A stretch of 64,000 nt of DNA from Azolla caroliniana (lineage: Eukaryota; Plantae; Polypodiophyta), in the NCBI GenBank assembly GCA_043228905.1, contig JBHGNT010000004.1, positions 8,928,001 to 8,992,000 of the forward strand, in the 5' to 3' direction. Numbering within the stretch: position 1 is the first letter of the stretch; each line of letters opens with the position of its first letter. The notes below the pieces were generated by a model that saw only the letters and a list, made by a program, of their open reading frames with translations, had not been told where the DNA came from and did no database searches. Position numbers and translations under genes: made by a program. Of the stretch, positions 23,201 through 35,474 are shown piece after piece.

Positions 23201-25086
23201 ATTGCACAATTATCCGGCCTTCTTCCTCAATGAAGCACCCAAGGTGCGTAAACCGCACCTGAGTCAACGATTTGTCCAACCGACACCAAGTTCTTTGTGA
23301 TAGTCGGAACATGTAGTATGTTCATCGGCTTCCCCTTTTGTCTGACATGGCTTAAAGGGACTTCTCCGACATGCACAATCGGGTGAGGGGTGTTGTCTCC
23401 AGTTTCGACAATCCCCGATTGTTCTGGTTTCTCCAAAAAAGAGAACCACTCTTCATGGCTCGTCATGTGGTTGGACACTCCAGAATCAACGTACCATACT
23501 TCCTCCGATTTGGAAGTAGTCTTCTTCATCGAGTTAGCCTTCTGCCTCATCACAAAGGTTGGCCCCTTTACCGGTCTTCCCGGTTCCGGATCCTTCTGAT
23601 CCTTCTGCGTAGTGTGAGCTTTGCCGGTTTTCCCGACTGGTTTTGCCAGATCCGGATTTGTCGGAATCGGCGCGCTTCTTCCAACACTTACTTTCTCTGT
23701 GGCCTTTCTTGCCACAGTACCAGCATTCCATGTCAGTTTTCAATTGCCGGTTTCCGACTCTGACTTGACTCCGCCTGCTTGTGGAGGCTCGGGAACTGTT
23801 GTTTGCACCGTCTTTGTGCTCTCCGTTCTGCTCTTGCCGGTTGCCTCCATTGTGTGCCGACCCACCGCGTCCACCACGCCCACGGGGCTGATCCGCCTCC
23901 ATGTACAGTATCTAGTTGTCTGATTGAGTGGTCCTGGACCCACTCACGTGGTTTTCTTCGACCATTAGCATCGATTGCAAGTCGAAGAAGGACGGTGGTT
24001 TCTCTCGGGTGAGGATTGTTGTCCGGATAGGCCCATACCTTTAAGCCAGACAATCGAGGCAGATTTGCACCATTTCTTCCTCATCTACTGTGACGTCAAT
24101 GGACCCTAATGTGTCGCAAATCTCCTTTATCTTCGCGGTGTAGTCTTTAACTGACAGATCCCTTTGTTGGATATTGTTCAGCTCCTGCCGAAGCTACAAC
24201 TTCCGGGCAGAGGTACTTATTTCGAAAACCTTCTTTAGGTTCTCCCAGGCCTGTTTTGACGTCTTAGCATCTTTGATGTAGCCGATCATCTGGTCGTGCA
24301 CACAGGATGTGAGAAAGTACAACACTCAGCTCTCTCCTTGCTCCCATGCCGGGAAGTCTCCGGCGCTTCCTCGTTGATTCCCTCCACATAGCTCCAATAT
24401 CCATGCCCCAATAGGTAATGGTGCATTTTATATGACCAGGACACATAGTTTCTCCAATCGAGCTTTTCTGTTGGGAGTGAACTCGCCATACCTCTGTCAA
24501 TATCTTTCTTTGTTTGTCCTTACCGGGTATTAGGGTTTGTCTTCGAAAGCGTTGGTCGACTACAGAGGTTCTCAACCCTCGGGATCTGGTACCATGTTAA
24601 AGTAAACATGCGGAAGCGTTCGACAAACCGGCTCAGCCGGATAGCAATAGAAGATGAGAAGAAAACTTAACACACACAAAGAGTACGCGTACGCAGGAGA
24701 GACTGAGAGAGACTAAGAGAGAGAGAGAGAGAGAGAGAGAGACTGAACGTAAAGGTAGATTCAAAAAACAATAGTTCTCTATGTACATACAATGTGCTTA
24801 CACAACACCATTTATAAAAGTCCTTAGAAGGATTGACAGAAGTAGAGTGTACTTCAATGCTCCTACGAGCGACTGACACTAACTACGAGACAACAACTAC
24901 CTAATAGTCTAGGCTACTACTAGGCTTCCAGTTTGCACTCGAATCCGGCTCTCCGATCCATCTCCCCAATCGGGTCGGTTGTTTCCAAATACCATCAGGA
25001 TATCGATCCCGCTCTTGGCTCTGGATATCGATCCAGCTAAGGCTTATTCAGCCGATCCGGATTCGGTTGAGCTTGCCCACTCAACA
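20269..25086 (-). mobile_element. copia-E element, 3'-truncated and internally deleted (5' LTR 24595-25086, PBS 24583-24594)
   Basis: gag 24286-24489, CWYCGKKGH knuckle, WYVDSGVS protease, integrase 20894-23126, RT/RH remnants 20269-20890. Confidence 0.9.
22079..22894 (+). mobile_element. Solo LTR of the gypsy-D lineage inside copia-E integrase; box B 22285-22295 and box A 22328-22338 on the - strand
   Basis: Begins T(C)TCGTGAAGATTTTCGGCAATAG like the gypsy-D LTR, ends CGCGACA. TSD CCGG/CCGA; removing it restores DVWGPAQN. Confidence 0.88.
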
Positions 25087-25257
25087 GTTAGTTACATAAC
25101 CTTGTAACAACCTAGACCCAATTTACCATATTAATATACTCATACTTATGTGCACATTTGCACGTACACTTACACATGACTTTTAATACAAAAACTTTAT
25201 GTATCTATCCACGTACCAACACACTACACTCATACGATTTCTATCCCATGGATAACA
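25087..25257 (-). repeat. Probable LTR fragment (TGTTATCC terminus, gypsy-C-like)
   Basis: AC-rich segment ending GGATAACA that interrupts copia-A RT at KKSL. Similar in character to the LTR end at 41350. Confidence 0.45.
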
Positions 25258-26476
25258 CATAAGCTCTTCTTTAGCCGGCACACCAGGTGCTCATTCCTTT
25301 TCTTCTCAAATCCTTCCGGTTGATGCATGTAGATCTCTTCTTCGAGGTCGCCATGTAGGAATGTCGTCTTGATGTCCAGTTGCTCTACCTCGAGGTTCAT
25401 GCTTGCCATTATGCTCAATACCGTCCGGATGGATGTCGTCTTTACTACCGGGGCAAAGATCTCATTGAAATACACACCTTTCTTCTGCTGGAAACCTTTC
25501 ACCACGATCCAGGCCTTGTACATCAGTGGATTTCCGGCGTCTCCCAGTTTCAGCTTGTACACCCACTTATTCCTGAGTGTTCTATTTTCTTTTGGCAGCT
25601 CCCTCAATTCATATGTGTGGTTCTCATACAGGGAATCCATCTAGTCCTGCGTGGCACTTAACCACTTGTGGATGTGTGTGTCTTTCTTTGCTTCTTTGAA
25701 GCTTTCCAGCTCCTCCTCATCGGTCAGCAATACGTGCTCTGCATTCGGCAATCTCCTGGGGGGTCTATTCTCATTGAGAGGGTATCTCCGTGTTTGTTCT
25801 TTGGCAACCAGTTCCTCCGTCTATTCCTAATCCGAATCCGATTCGGGATCTTGTCCGGTTCCGGTGTCTTCTTCTTCTTGTTCTTCTTTGGTCGATTCGG
25901 TTTCTTGTCTAAATACGGCGGGTTCGTCGAGTGTCATCCGGTTACCAACTAACATTCGGTTTTCAACCGAGTAAGTCCTTGTGCCCTCAAGCCGGTTTTC
26001 ATTAGATGATCCAAAGTTCATCACCTTCTTCTCCAACTCCGAGTCGGCAATGGTCCTGTCTTCCATGAAGACTATGTCCCGACTCCTGAACACTTCTTGT
26101 CGACCAGATCCCATACCCGGTAACCGAACTCATCATCGTCGTATCCAAGGAATATGCATGGCTGGGTCTTTGGATCCAACTTTGTGATGAGAATATGCAA
26201 AATAATGCTCAGCCACAACTGAGTCTTCAAACACTTCTTCGGAAGTACAAACACAGAAATGGGAATGTGGAGATAAATGCACGTATACACACAGACAATA
26301 GAGCAAGGGAGAGTACATAGGATGTTTACGTGGAAAACCGTGAGAGGGAAAAACCACGGGAGCCCATAGACTCCGAACTATCACTATGTCAAGAGGAATA
26401 CAACAGGGAGCACAAAGGCAATGACCTCATTCTCACTATCTTCGCCTAGCGGCGGTTACAATAGAGACTCACTCTT

Positions 26477-26532
<56 letters not shown>

Positions 26533-28283
26533 TCTCTGTCCCTCTACTGCGCTCTGTACAGTAGTTACACCAATAACTCTATACAAAATAATGACAACAT
26601 TGCTATCGTATTTGCCCTAGGTCATATTTATACTAATATGACATTTAGGCTATTTACAAATATAGCCACAATGGGCTAACAGAAACATATTTACATCTAT
26701 GTCCCTTCATCCGGTGAGAGGTTCTCACCTGGCCTGCATCATCCGGTTCTCACCGGGTCTTCCTTACTGGGTACACATCCCATCCGGAGGGACCGAAATC
26801 CTAGCACTTTGCCCTCTTGTCCTTTGTGACATGCACATATGCGAGACAGCCAAACACCTTCAGATGCCGGTCAGATACATTTTTACCGGTCCATACTTTC
26901 TGCAGTGAGTCTCCTCCCAAGGATGCTGAGGGTGATCTGTTTATCACATAGGTTGTCTTCATCCGCGCCTAAGCCCAAAATGTGTTGGGCAACTTCGCAT
27001 GTGCTAGCATGCTTCAGGCTCTCTCCATTATGGTTTGGTTCATCTGTTCAGCCAACCTGTTCAATTTCGGCGTCTTCGGCACGGTAAATTTAGGTCGGAT
27101 TCCCTTCGATCGGGAGTACTCCTCCGTTATCTCCTCAAACCGCCTTTAGCTTCCAACCGGTTTCTCTTTCCACTCTCGCGTGGAGCTCCTTGAAGACAGA
27201 TAACATTTGATCCTTCGTCTTCAGCGGTGAGACCCACAGCTTCCGGTTGTGGTCATCTATGAACGTCACGAAGTACTGCGATCCGGCATGTGACTTCATG
27301 TCTACTTGACACACATCGGTATGCACCAGCTCTAGTGGTGCATTCCATCTCATCGGTGGTCTTGACCGGAAGGAGGTTCGGTTTTGCTTACCGGCCAAAT
27401 AATTGGTGCACTTATCAAGATGCACGTCTTTCACCTCCGGAATGAGGTTGTCTTAGGCAAGTCTTCTCATCCCCTTCTGGCTCATATGACATAGTCTCTT
27501 GTGCCACAGCTCACCGGTAGTGTCAGATGCTACATTCACATCTTCCCGGCATATCCGGGCATGCATTAAATATAACGTGTTGATCTTCCGGGCTCAAGCC
27601 ACAGTCAGGCTTCCTTTGCTGAATTTCATGACTCCGTTCTAGATGCTACCTGTGTAGCATTCATCATCTAGCCGACCGGCTGATATCAGGTTCAACCAAA
27701 CCTCCGAAATGTGTTGGACTTCTTTCAGCAACAACTTGCATCCGGTTGATTTCGTCAACAACACATCTCCTATGTTGATGATTCAGCAGGTTCCTTCATT
27801 CCCCATACGGACACAACCGTGATCTCCTGCTATGTAGGATAAGAAGCATCTCCGGTATGGTGTCAGGTGGAACGATGCTCCGGAATCAACAACCCATGTT
27901 GTCTCGTTGCTTACAAGGTTTAACTCATTCTCCTCGGTGATAAGTAGCAGTTCTTCTTCACTTGTCGCAATCGCCGATGTTCCTTTCCGATCTGAGCCTT
28001 TCCCGTCTGAATCGTCACTATCAGTTCCTTTCTCTTTCCGGAAATGCCAACGATTTCTCTGGAAGTGCCATCGCTTCCCACAATAGAAGCAAGTAGGCCT
28101 CCTCCTTGACTTCGACCTTGTCCCCGATTTGTCCCGGTTTTGGGGACTCCGATACCGTCCTCTTCCCCGCTTTTGGTCATCGTCCGTGACCAAGGCCTTT
28201 GAATCGGTTCCGGTAAGCTTCTTCATCTAGCAAGCTTTATTTTACCCTTGCTAGGCACAACTGCTTTCCTTTTGACCCGGCGT
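25258..28283 (-). mobile_element. copia-A internal fragment (gag C-terminus to RT)
   Basis: WVVDSGAS (27783-28226), LVHTDVC (27135-27434), RT FLHGDLEEEIYM (25230-25640). Confidence 0.9.
26185..26806 (-). mobile_element. copia-A solo LTR inserted in copia-A integrase
   Basis: TG...CA ends, perfect TSD CTTTG (26180-26184 and 26807-26811), GGTCCCTCCGGATGGG motif, (CT)n tract. Confidence 0.9.
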
Positions 28284-31178
28284 TGTCGTAGTGTATTCCA
28301 CACACTACGTGAAAACCATAAAATAATATATCCGATTTTAGATACATATAGATAAATAAATAATATATCAAAATATTTATCACGTGCATAAGGCAGGATT
28401 CAAACCCTATACCTCCACGGAGCCAAACCTCAACTTTACCATTATGCTACCTTATCTTTAGTGTTCTACAAATAGATTTAATAACTATAAGTCCTTTATT
28501 TGCGCCTACCTTTATTAAAAGGTAAATCATGCATTTTTAGAGTGCGTGAATATTTTATAGAAAAACGCAAGCAACTAAAAAGTGACTCATGCACATCTAG
28601 CGTGCATGAGCACTATATTTAGCAAATAAAAGCAAGGATTAGAAAAGCATCACATGCACATTTAGTGTGCATGAACATATTAGAAAAAAAAAGCATTTAG
28701 CTATGCTTAGTCTCTCCCATCACTATATAAGGATGGGGAGCACATTGTAGTTTTGTTGTTGATTTTTTTTCTATAATGATCAATCAATCTAAAATATTCG
28801 TGGGATTCATGAATTTGTTAAAATAATTCTCTCTTACTACCTAAATATTGACTAAATATACTAAACTCGTGGGATTCACAAGATTCTTATCTTATAACTC
28901 TTTATACCTATTCTTTACTAGCCTTATTTGTATTTTTCTTCCTCCTAGTCCAAAACCTCCGCGGTTCCCACCCGACTCACGCAACGATCCGGAGCCGAAA
29001 GGCACGACACAGTTGGTGAACCTAACATGAAAACCAGGTGGCAAGGAGATGGAAAATCAACCGGAGGCTAGCAACATGATGATGATGTTCGAGCGCATGC
29101 TACAAGAACAACGCGCGATGTCGGAGATAGCGGCATCAGTGGAGCGGCTCGTGCAACGAAACGGGCAATTCAACAGGAAAGACGTGTCGCGGTATCTTCG
29201 GGACTACAAGGCGGAGATGCTACGATGTGGAATATCGGAAGGACTACAAGTGACGTCCTTCAACCGGGTGGCGACCGACGGGCTTCAAGCAAGCATCCAT
29301 GGGCTACGACAACAAAATCCGACATGAGAGGCATTTGAAGAAGAGCTAAAGAGGACGTTCGCCATCGAGGATTCCTCCAAGGCGACGCGAAGGGGATTCG
29401 AAGATTGGGTGGAGACGCCGGACAAGGGATTGAAGGTCGTTGATGTGTTTTCGGCATTCGAAAGCCGGTTCGGGAGGTTGACCGCGAGAGATCAAGCTAT
29501 CCTCGTACCGGACAAGGTGATCATGTTCTTGCGAGCCGTGGACGTCCGGGACCAGAAAGATCTCGGAGTGCTCTTGGAGGACACGACCACGGAGAGTGGC
29601 CTCACCGAAACATGGGAAAGCGTGCGGGATATTGTCGCGCGATACACGAAGAGGGGGCAATGGCTTGCCAACGAGGAAACCGAGAACCGGATTGGAAGAC
29701 CATCAACCGAGGGCTCGGGAGACTACAATCGAGTAGGGGATTGATGCATCTACGGTGGAGCAACTATTGAAGGAGATGGAGAATCTGAAGATCGCGATGG
29801 TGAAGAAGTCGGATGACCGCCCCACAAGCTCCAAGTATACAGACCAACGGTGCATATGGTGCGATAGCGCCGAACACGATCGGAGGGATTGCGACGAGCA
29901 TAAGGAGGCGCTACGGCGGGATCTCATCTACTACGAGGGAAACCGGATTCATTCGATGGACTCTCGAAAGCCACTCCGACCGAACTTCCGCAAAGGCGGC
30001 ATGAAGAAGGTGCTCGAGGAGGAATTGGCGGCAAGAAGCATCTATGCGACAACCGCGGGAATATGTGTCGGGGAGTCATCGAGAGCAAAGACGTCTTTTT
30101 TTCCGGAAGTTCTAGAAAACACCGAGAAAACCGACTCCAACGAGATCCGAAGCACCGCGGAAGGCGTCCGGGAAGCTACGGGATGGGAGTGCCCTGTCAA
30201 CGACGCACGGAGGATGCGGGCGGGCCATCGAAGATGGGAAGCGGGTGAAGATTTTCAAGAAGCGGACCGACGACAAACCCTATGTGATCCAAGCCAAGGC
30301 CGACAACGAGGAGCAATCGGACGAAGACCACGGTGATGCGGGAAGCGAAGAAAGTGAATTACAACTCATAGTCGACATAAGGGGAGAATCGGAGGAAGCT
30401 TTGGGTGAAGACGGATATGAGGAATCGAGAACTTCGGCACATACCGGAGGATGTGCGGGTTCGGAGGAGGCGAGTTTCGTAGTGTATTCCACACACTACG
30501 TGAAAACCATAAAATAATATATCCGATTTTAGATACATATAAATAAATAAATAACATATCAAAACATTTATCACGTGCATAGGGCAGGATTCGAACCCTG
30601 CACCTCCACGTAGATAAACCCCAACTTTACCATTGTAATAACTTATCTTCAATGTTATACATATAGATTTAATACGTATAAGACCTTTATTTATATATAC
30701 CTTTATTAAAAGGTAAAAATCATGTATTGTTTAGGGGGTGAATATTTTATTTACACGTGACATTAAAAGTGACTCATGCACATCTAGCGTGCATGAGCCC
30801 TATACTTAGGAAATGACAAAGCATCACATGCACATTTAGTGTGCATGGACACTTTTGGTGAAAAAGCATGAAGCCATGCTTAGCCTCTTCCATTTTTATA
30901 TAAGGAGGAGAGAAATATGTATAAGGTTGTTGATTAATATACAAGGATTGATCAATCTAATATATTCGTGGGATTCACGAATTTTGCCATCTAAATTACT
31001 CTTATAATCTAAATATTGTTTAAAATACACTAAACTCGTGGGATTCACGAGATTGCTATCTTACTTCTCTTTCCACTATTCATAACTAGCCTTAATTCGT
31101 ATTCCTCTTCCTCCTAGTCAAAAACCTCGGCGGTTCCCACCCGACTCACGTAACGATCCGGAGCCGAAAGGCACGACA
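28284..31178 (+). mobile_element. gypsy-B deleted, probably recombinant element (LTRs 28284-29009 and 30475-31178; PBS 29014-29030; gag fused to integrase tail)
   Basis: TGTCGT...ACGACA LTRs; degenerate Trp PBS TGGTGAACCTAACATGA; PPT GGAGGAGGCGAG; gag 29049-30235 joined to RVKIFKK. Box B/box A on the - strand at 28396-28449 and 30587-30640. Confidence 0.9.
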
Positions 31179-33150
31179 ACGTTATTAACAGATCACCCTC
31201 AACACCCTTGGAAGGAGACACACCACAAAAAGTATGGACCGGTAAAGATATGTCTTACCAGCATCTGTAGGTGTTCGGGTGTCTCGCATATGTGCATGTT
31301 ACAAAGGACAAGAGAGAAAAGTTGGATCCAAAATCCGGGCCATGCATATTCCTTGGATACGGTGATGATGAGTTCGGTTACCGAGTGTGGGATCTAGTCG
31401 ACAAGAAGGTGTTCCGGAGTTCGGACATAGTCTTCATGGAAGACAAGACCATTGCCGATTGGGAGTCAGAGGAGAAGATGGACTCTAGATCAACCAACAA
31501 AAATTGGTTTGCGGACACAAGGACTTACTCGGTTGAATACAGAAAGTTAGCCGGTAACTGGATGACACTCGATGAACCGACCGGATTCGGACAAGAAACC
31601 GAACCGACTGAAGATGAAGAAGAAGAAGACTCTGAAACCGGACAAGATCCCGAATCAGATAAGGAGGACAAACAGACAGAGGAACCAGTTGCTGAAAACC
31701 AAGGTCGAAGATACCCTCTAAGGGAGAGTAGAGCCCCCCAGAGATTTCTGGATGCAGAACATGTGTTGCTAACCGACGAGGGGGTACCACAAGACGCAAG
31801 CTGACCATTGCGTGTTCGTGAAGAAATTTGACAGAGGCGACTTCCTGATACTCCTGTTATATGTGGATGACATGTTGATCGTCAAACGAGAGCAAATCAA
31901 GATTTGAATGTTGAAGAAGGCTCTGAAGCGGACCTTCTCAATGAAAGATTTGGGTTCGGCAAGACAGATTTTGGGGATGCACATCATCCAGGACCGGTCG
32001 AAGAAGTTGTTGTGGCTATCACAGGAGAAGTATATGACAAAGGTGCTTCAAAGGTTCAACATGTCGGAGGAAAAACCGGTCAAATCGACACACCTAGAAA
32101 ATTACAAGTTGTTCCGAAAGTAGAGCCCGAAGACAAAGGCAGAGAAGTCGGATATGACAAAGATACCATATGCCTCTGCCGTCGGAAGCTTAATGTACGC
32201 AATGGTGTGCACCCGGCCAGATATTGCATATGTTGTTGGTGCAGTCAGTCGGTTCATGAGCAATCCGGGAAGAGAGCACTTGAATGCGGTCAAGTGGATA
32301 CTCCGGTATTTGAAAGACACCTCAAGTATGTCCTCTAGTTTGGCTCCGGTAAACCCCAACTTGACAGATTCACGGATTCGGATATTTCAACTGATGCGAA
32401 TATCGGTCGGTCTACATCTAGATATGTCATGACCTATGCAGGGGGAGCCGTATCGTGGCAATCGAGACTGCAGAAGTTTGTTGCACTATTGACAATGGAA
32501 GCAGAGTACATGGTAGTTGTGGAAGCCAGCAAGGAAGTAATCTTGATGAAGGACTTCCTCGGAGAACTAGGGATCCGGCAAGAGGAATTCCATCTCTATT
32601 GCGACAGCAAAGTGCCATCCACCTTGTGAAGAATGCGGCCTTCCATTCCCAAACGAAGCACATCCAGTGGAGGTATCACTGGATCCGGGAGAGAGTAGAA
32701 GATCAAGACTTCGTGCTGACGAATATCCACATGAGGGAGAACGGATCGGATATGCTGACCAAGGTGCTTTCAACCGACAAGCTACACGCGTGCCGAAGAC
32801 GGATCAGATTAACGAGAAATCCCATGCTGGAGTGAAGGGGGAGTTTGTTGCGAATTTGGTCCCTCTAGATGGGATCCGGATGAGAACCAGAGGAGCCGGA
32901 TCAGATGAGCCGGATGAAGGAATCGGATCCAGAAGGGTTCCGAATGAGACCCGGAAACCGGATCGAGTGAATCTAGATGGATCCGGTGCAAACCGGATCC
33001 AAGGACATATGTGTAAATATGTTTCATTGTGAGCCTATTGAGGTTATATTTGTAAATAGCCCAAAATTCATATAAGTATAAATATGACTTAGGACAATCA
33101 CTTTAGTATATGGTGTAGTAGTTGTTGCTAGTTGTATCATCGGTGTACAC

Positions 33151-33185
<35 letters not shown>

Positions 33186-33423
33186 CAGAACTAGTTTTTG
33201 TTGTAACCGCCGGTTGGCAAAGACATAGAGCTCGAGGTCATTGCCTCTAAGTCTCTCATTGTATTCTTTTGTCTCTTATAGTTATAGTTGGAGCTTGTGA
33301 GCTCCCGTGTTTTTTCCTGTTAGGGTTTTCCACGTAAACATCATGTGCCATCTGGTTTCAATTTGTTCTCTTCCATTCGTTGTTTAAGACTCGGTTGTAG
33401 CCGAGCGTTATTTCCGCACAATA
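31179..33423 (+). mobile_element. copia-A 3' half (integrase end, deleted RT, RNase H, PPT, 3' LTR 32846 to ~33423)
   Basis: YVDDMLIV, VGSLMYAMVCTRPDI, TKHIQWRYHWIRE; PPT GAAGGGGGAG followed by TGTTG. Confidence 0.9.
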
Positions 33424-35090
33424 TCGACTCCCACCTAGACTAACATTCTGTGTCGTTCCCCATACATCCTAATGGATTAAGTCGAGCTTGTTACGGCTCC
33501 GGTTTCTTTCGATGTGGAATGGAGGACGGTGTTGTTTCCCAAGCTGGCAAACTTCACAAATTTGGGCCTTCCGGCCACTGAATTTTGGTAATCCAAAAAC
33601 TTGTTTCTATTGCAGGGCCTTAAGGCTCAAGTAGTTGACGTGGCCGATCCTCTTGTGCCAGAGATCGATGTCTAATTCGATTTTCTGTCCTTTGGCAAAC
33701 AACATGGTGCCTACGTCGTTGGTGTCAAGGATGAACATCCTCTCGTCCATGCGTCATTCCATGATTATCCGGCCTTCTTCCTCGATGAAGCACCCGAGGT
33801 GCGTAAACCGCACCTGCATTCCCTCGTCGACGATCAGGCTAACCGGCACCAAGTTCTTTGTGATTGTCAGAACATGTAGTACGTTCATCAGCTTTCCCTT
33901 TTGTCCGACATGGCGTAAAGGGACTTCTCCAACATGCACAATCGGGTGAGTGTCATCTCCGGTCTTAACAACTCCCGGTTGTTCCGGTTTTTCCAGAAAC
34001 AAGAACCACTCTGGAAAGGCTCGGTATACAGTTGGATGTGCCGGAATCAACATACCACACTTCCTCACAAAGGGTTCCCGGTTGACCCCTTCCCGGTTTC
34101 GGATCCTTCTGATCCTTCTACATTGTGCGAGCTTTGTCGGTTCCCTTGTCCAGCCTTGCTGGATCCGCATTTATCTGAATCAGGGCGCTTCTTCCAACAC
34201 TCACTTTCTCAGTGGCCTTTCTTGCCACAATACCAGCATTTCGTATCCGCTTTCGATTGCTGGTTTCTGGCACCGTTTTGACTCCCCCTGCTCATGGAGG
34301 GTTTAGAATTGTTGTCGGCACTATCTTTGTGCCTCTGATTCTGTTCTTGTCGGCTGCTACTATTGTGTGCCGACCCACCTTGTCCTCCATGCCCACGGGG
34401 CCGATCCGCCTCCAGATATAGCATCCAGCTATCCGATTGAGTGGTCCTTGACCCACTCGCGTGGTTTTCGTCGACCATCAACATCAATTGCAGGTCAAAG
34501 AGAGACGGTGGTTTCTCCCGTGTGAGGATAGCGATCCGGATGGGTCTGTACCTTTGGGCCAGACCACCAAGGCAAATTTGCACAATTTCATCCTCTTCTA
34601 TCGTGACGTCAATGGACCCTAATGCGTGCAAATCTCCTTTATCTTCACGGTGTAGTTTAAAATTGACATATCCTTTCGTCGGATATTGTTCAGTTCTTGT
34701 TGTTGTTGTAGCTTCCGGGCTGAGGAACTTGTGGCAAAAATCCTTTTCAGATTTTCCCAAGCATGTTTCGACATCTTAACATCTCTAATGTAGCTGATCA
34801 TCTAGTCGTGCATAGAGGACACAAGGTTGTACAGAACTCAAATTGCTCCTTGTTCCCATGCCGGGAAATCCTTTTGTGACAACTCCAACGCTATTTCATT
34901 AACACCCTCAACATAACTCGAGTATCCATGTCCGAGCAGATACCAGTGCATCTTGTATGACCAGGATGCATAGTTGTGTTTGTCAAGCTTCTCTATCGGA
35001 AGCGAGCTTTTCATACCTCTATCCATCTTTCGTTCTTTACCGGATGTTAGGGTTTGTCTTCAGTAATTGCTCGTCGGCTGAGGATGTTCT
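33424..35090 (-). mobile_element. copia-E fragment (5' UTR, gag, protease, integrase N-terminus)
   Basis: MKSSLPIEKLDKHNYASW, CWYCGKKGH. Interrupted in the 5' UTR by gypsy-C at 35091. Confidence 0.88.
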
Positions 35091-35474
35091 TGTTACCCAG
35101 ACAAAGGGGTAGACGGACATAATGGGGAAGCGTCGGAGTTGGAGGTTTGGAATCGAAGTCGAAGTCAGATCGAGGAAGAGGATCGATGAGTCATCATTTT
35201 GCCGAATAATAGTTAATACCGAAAATTATAGTTAGTTACAAGTTTTGTAGTTCCTGTTGATAGGGCAATATGTATTTCTTGATGAGGAAGTCCTTCAGGA
35301 TTGCCTATAAAAAGGAACTGAAGGCATTGTAAAATCTATCGTTTTACTTTTAGTAATATAAGTTTAGTTGTAGGAAATCTCGGTGTGCAACTATTTATTT
35401 TCCGTCAATCTATCCTACTATAACTGTATTACGTAAGTAATGATCTCGATGTTGGCATAACATCGATAAGATTA

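Noticed and set aside
26470-26540. (CT)n/(GA)n tracts (also ~18195, ~24710, ~33150)
   Set aside because: Ordinary microsatellites within copia LTRs.
28280-31182. GCGT/ACGT as the TSD of a single insertion
   Set aside because: The flanks belong to different copia regions on opposite strands; the similarity is explained by the NCGN target preference.
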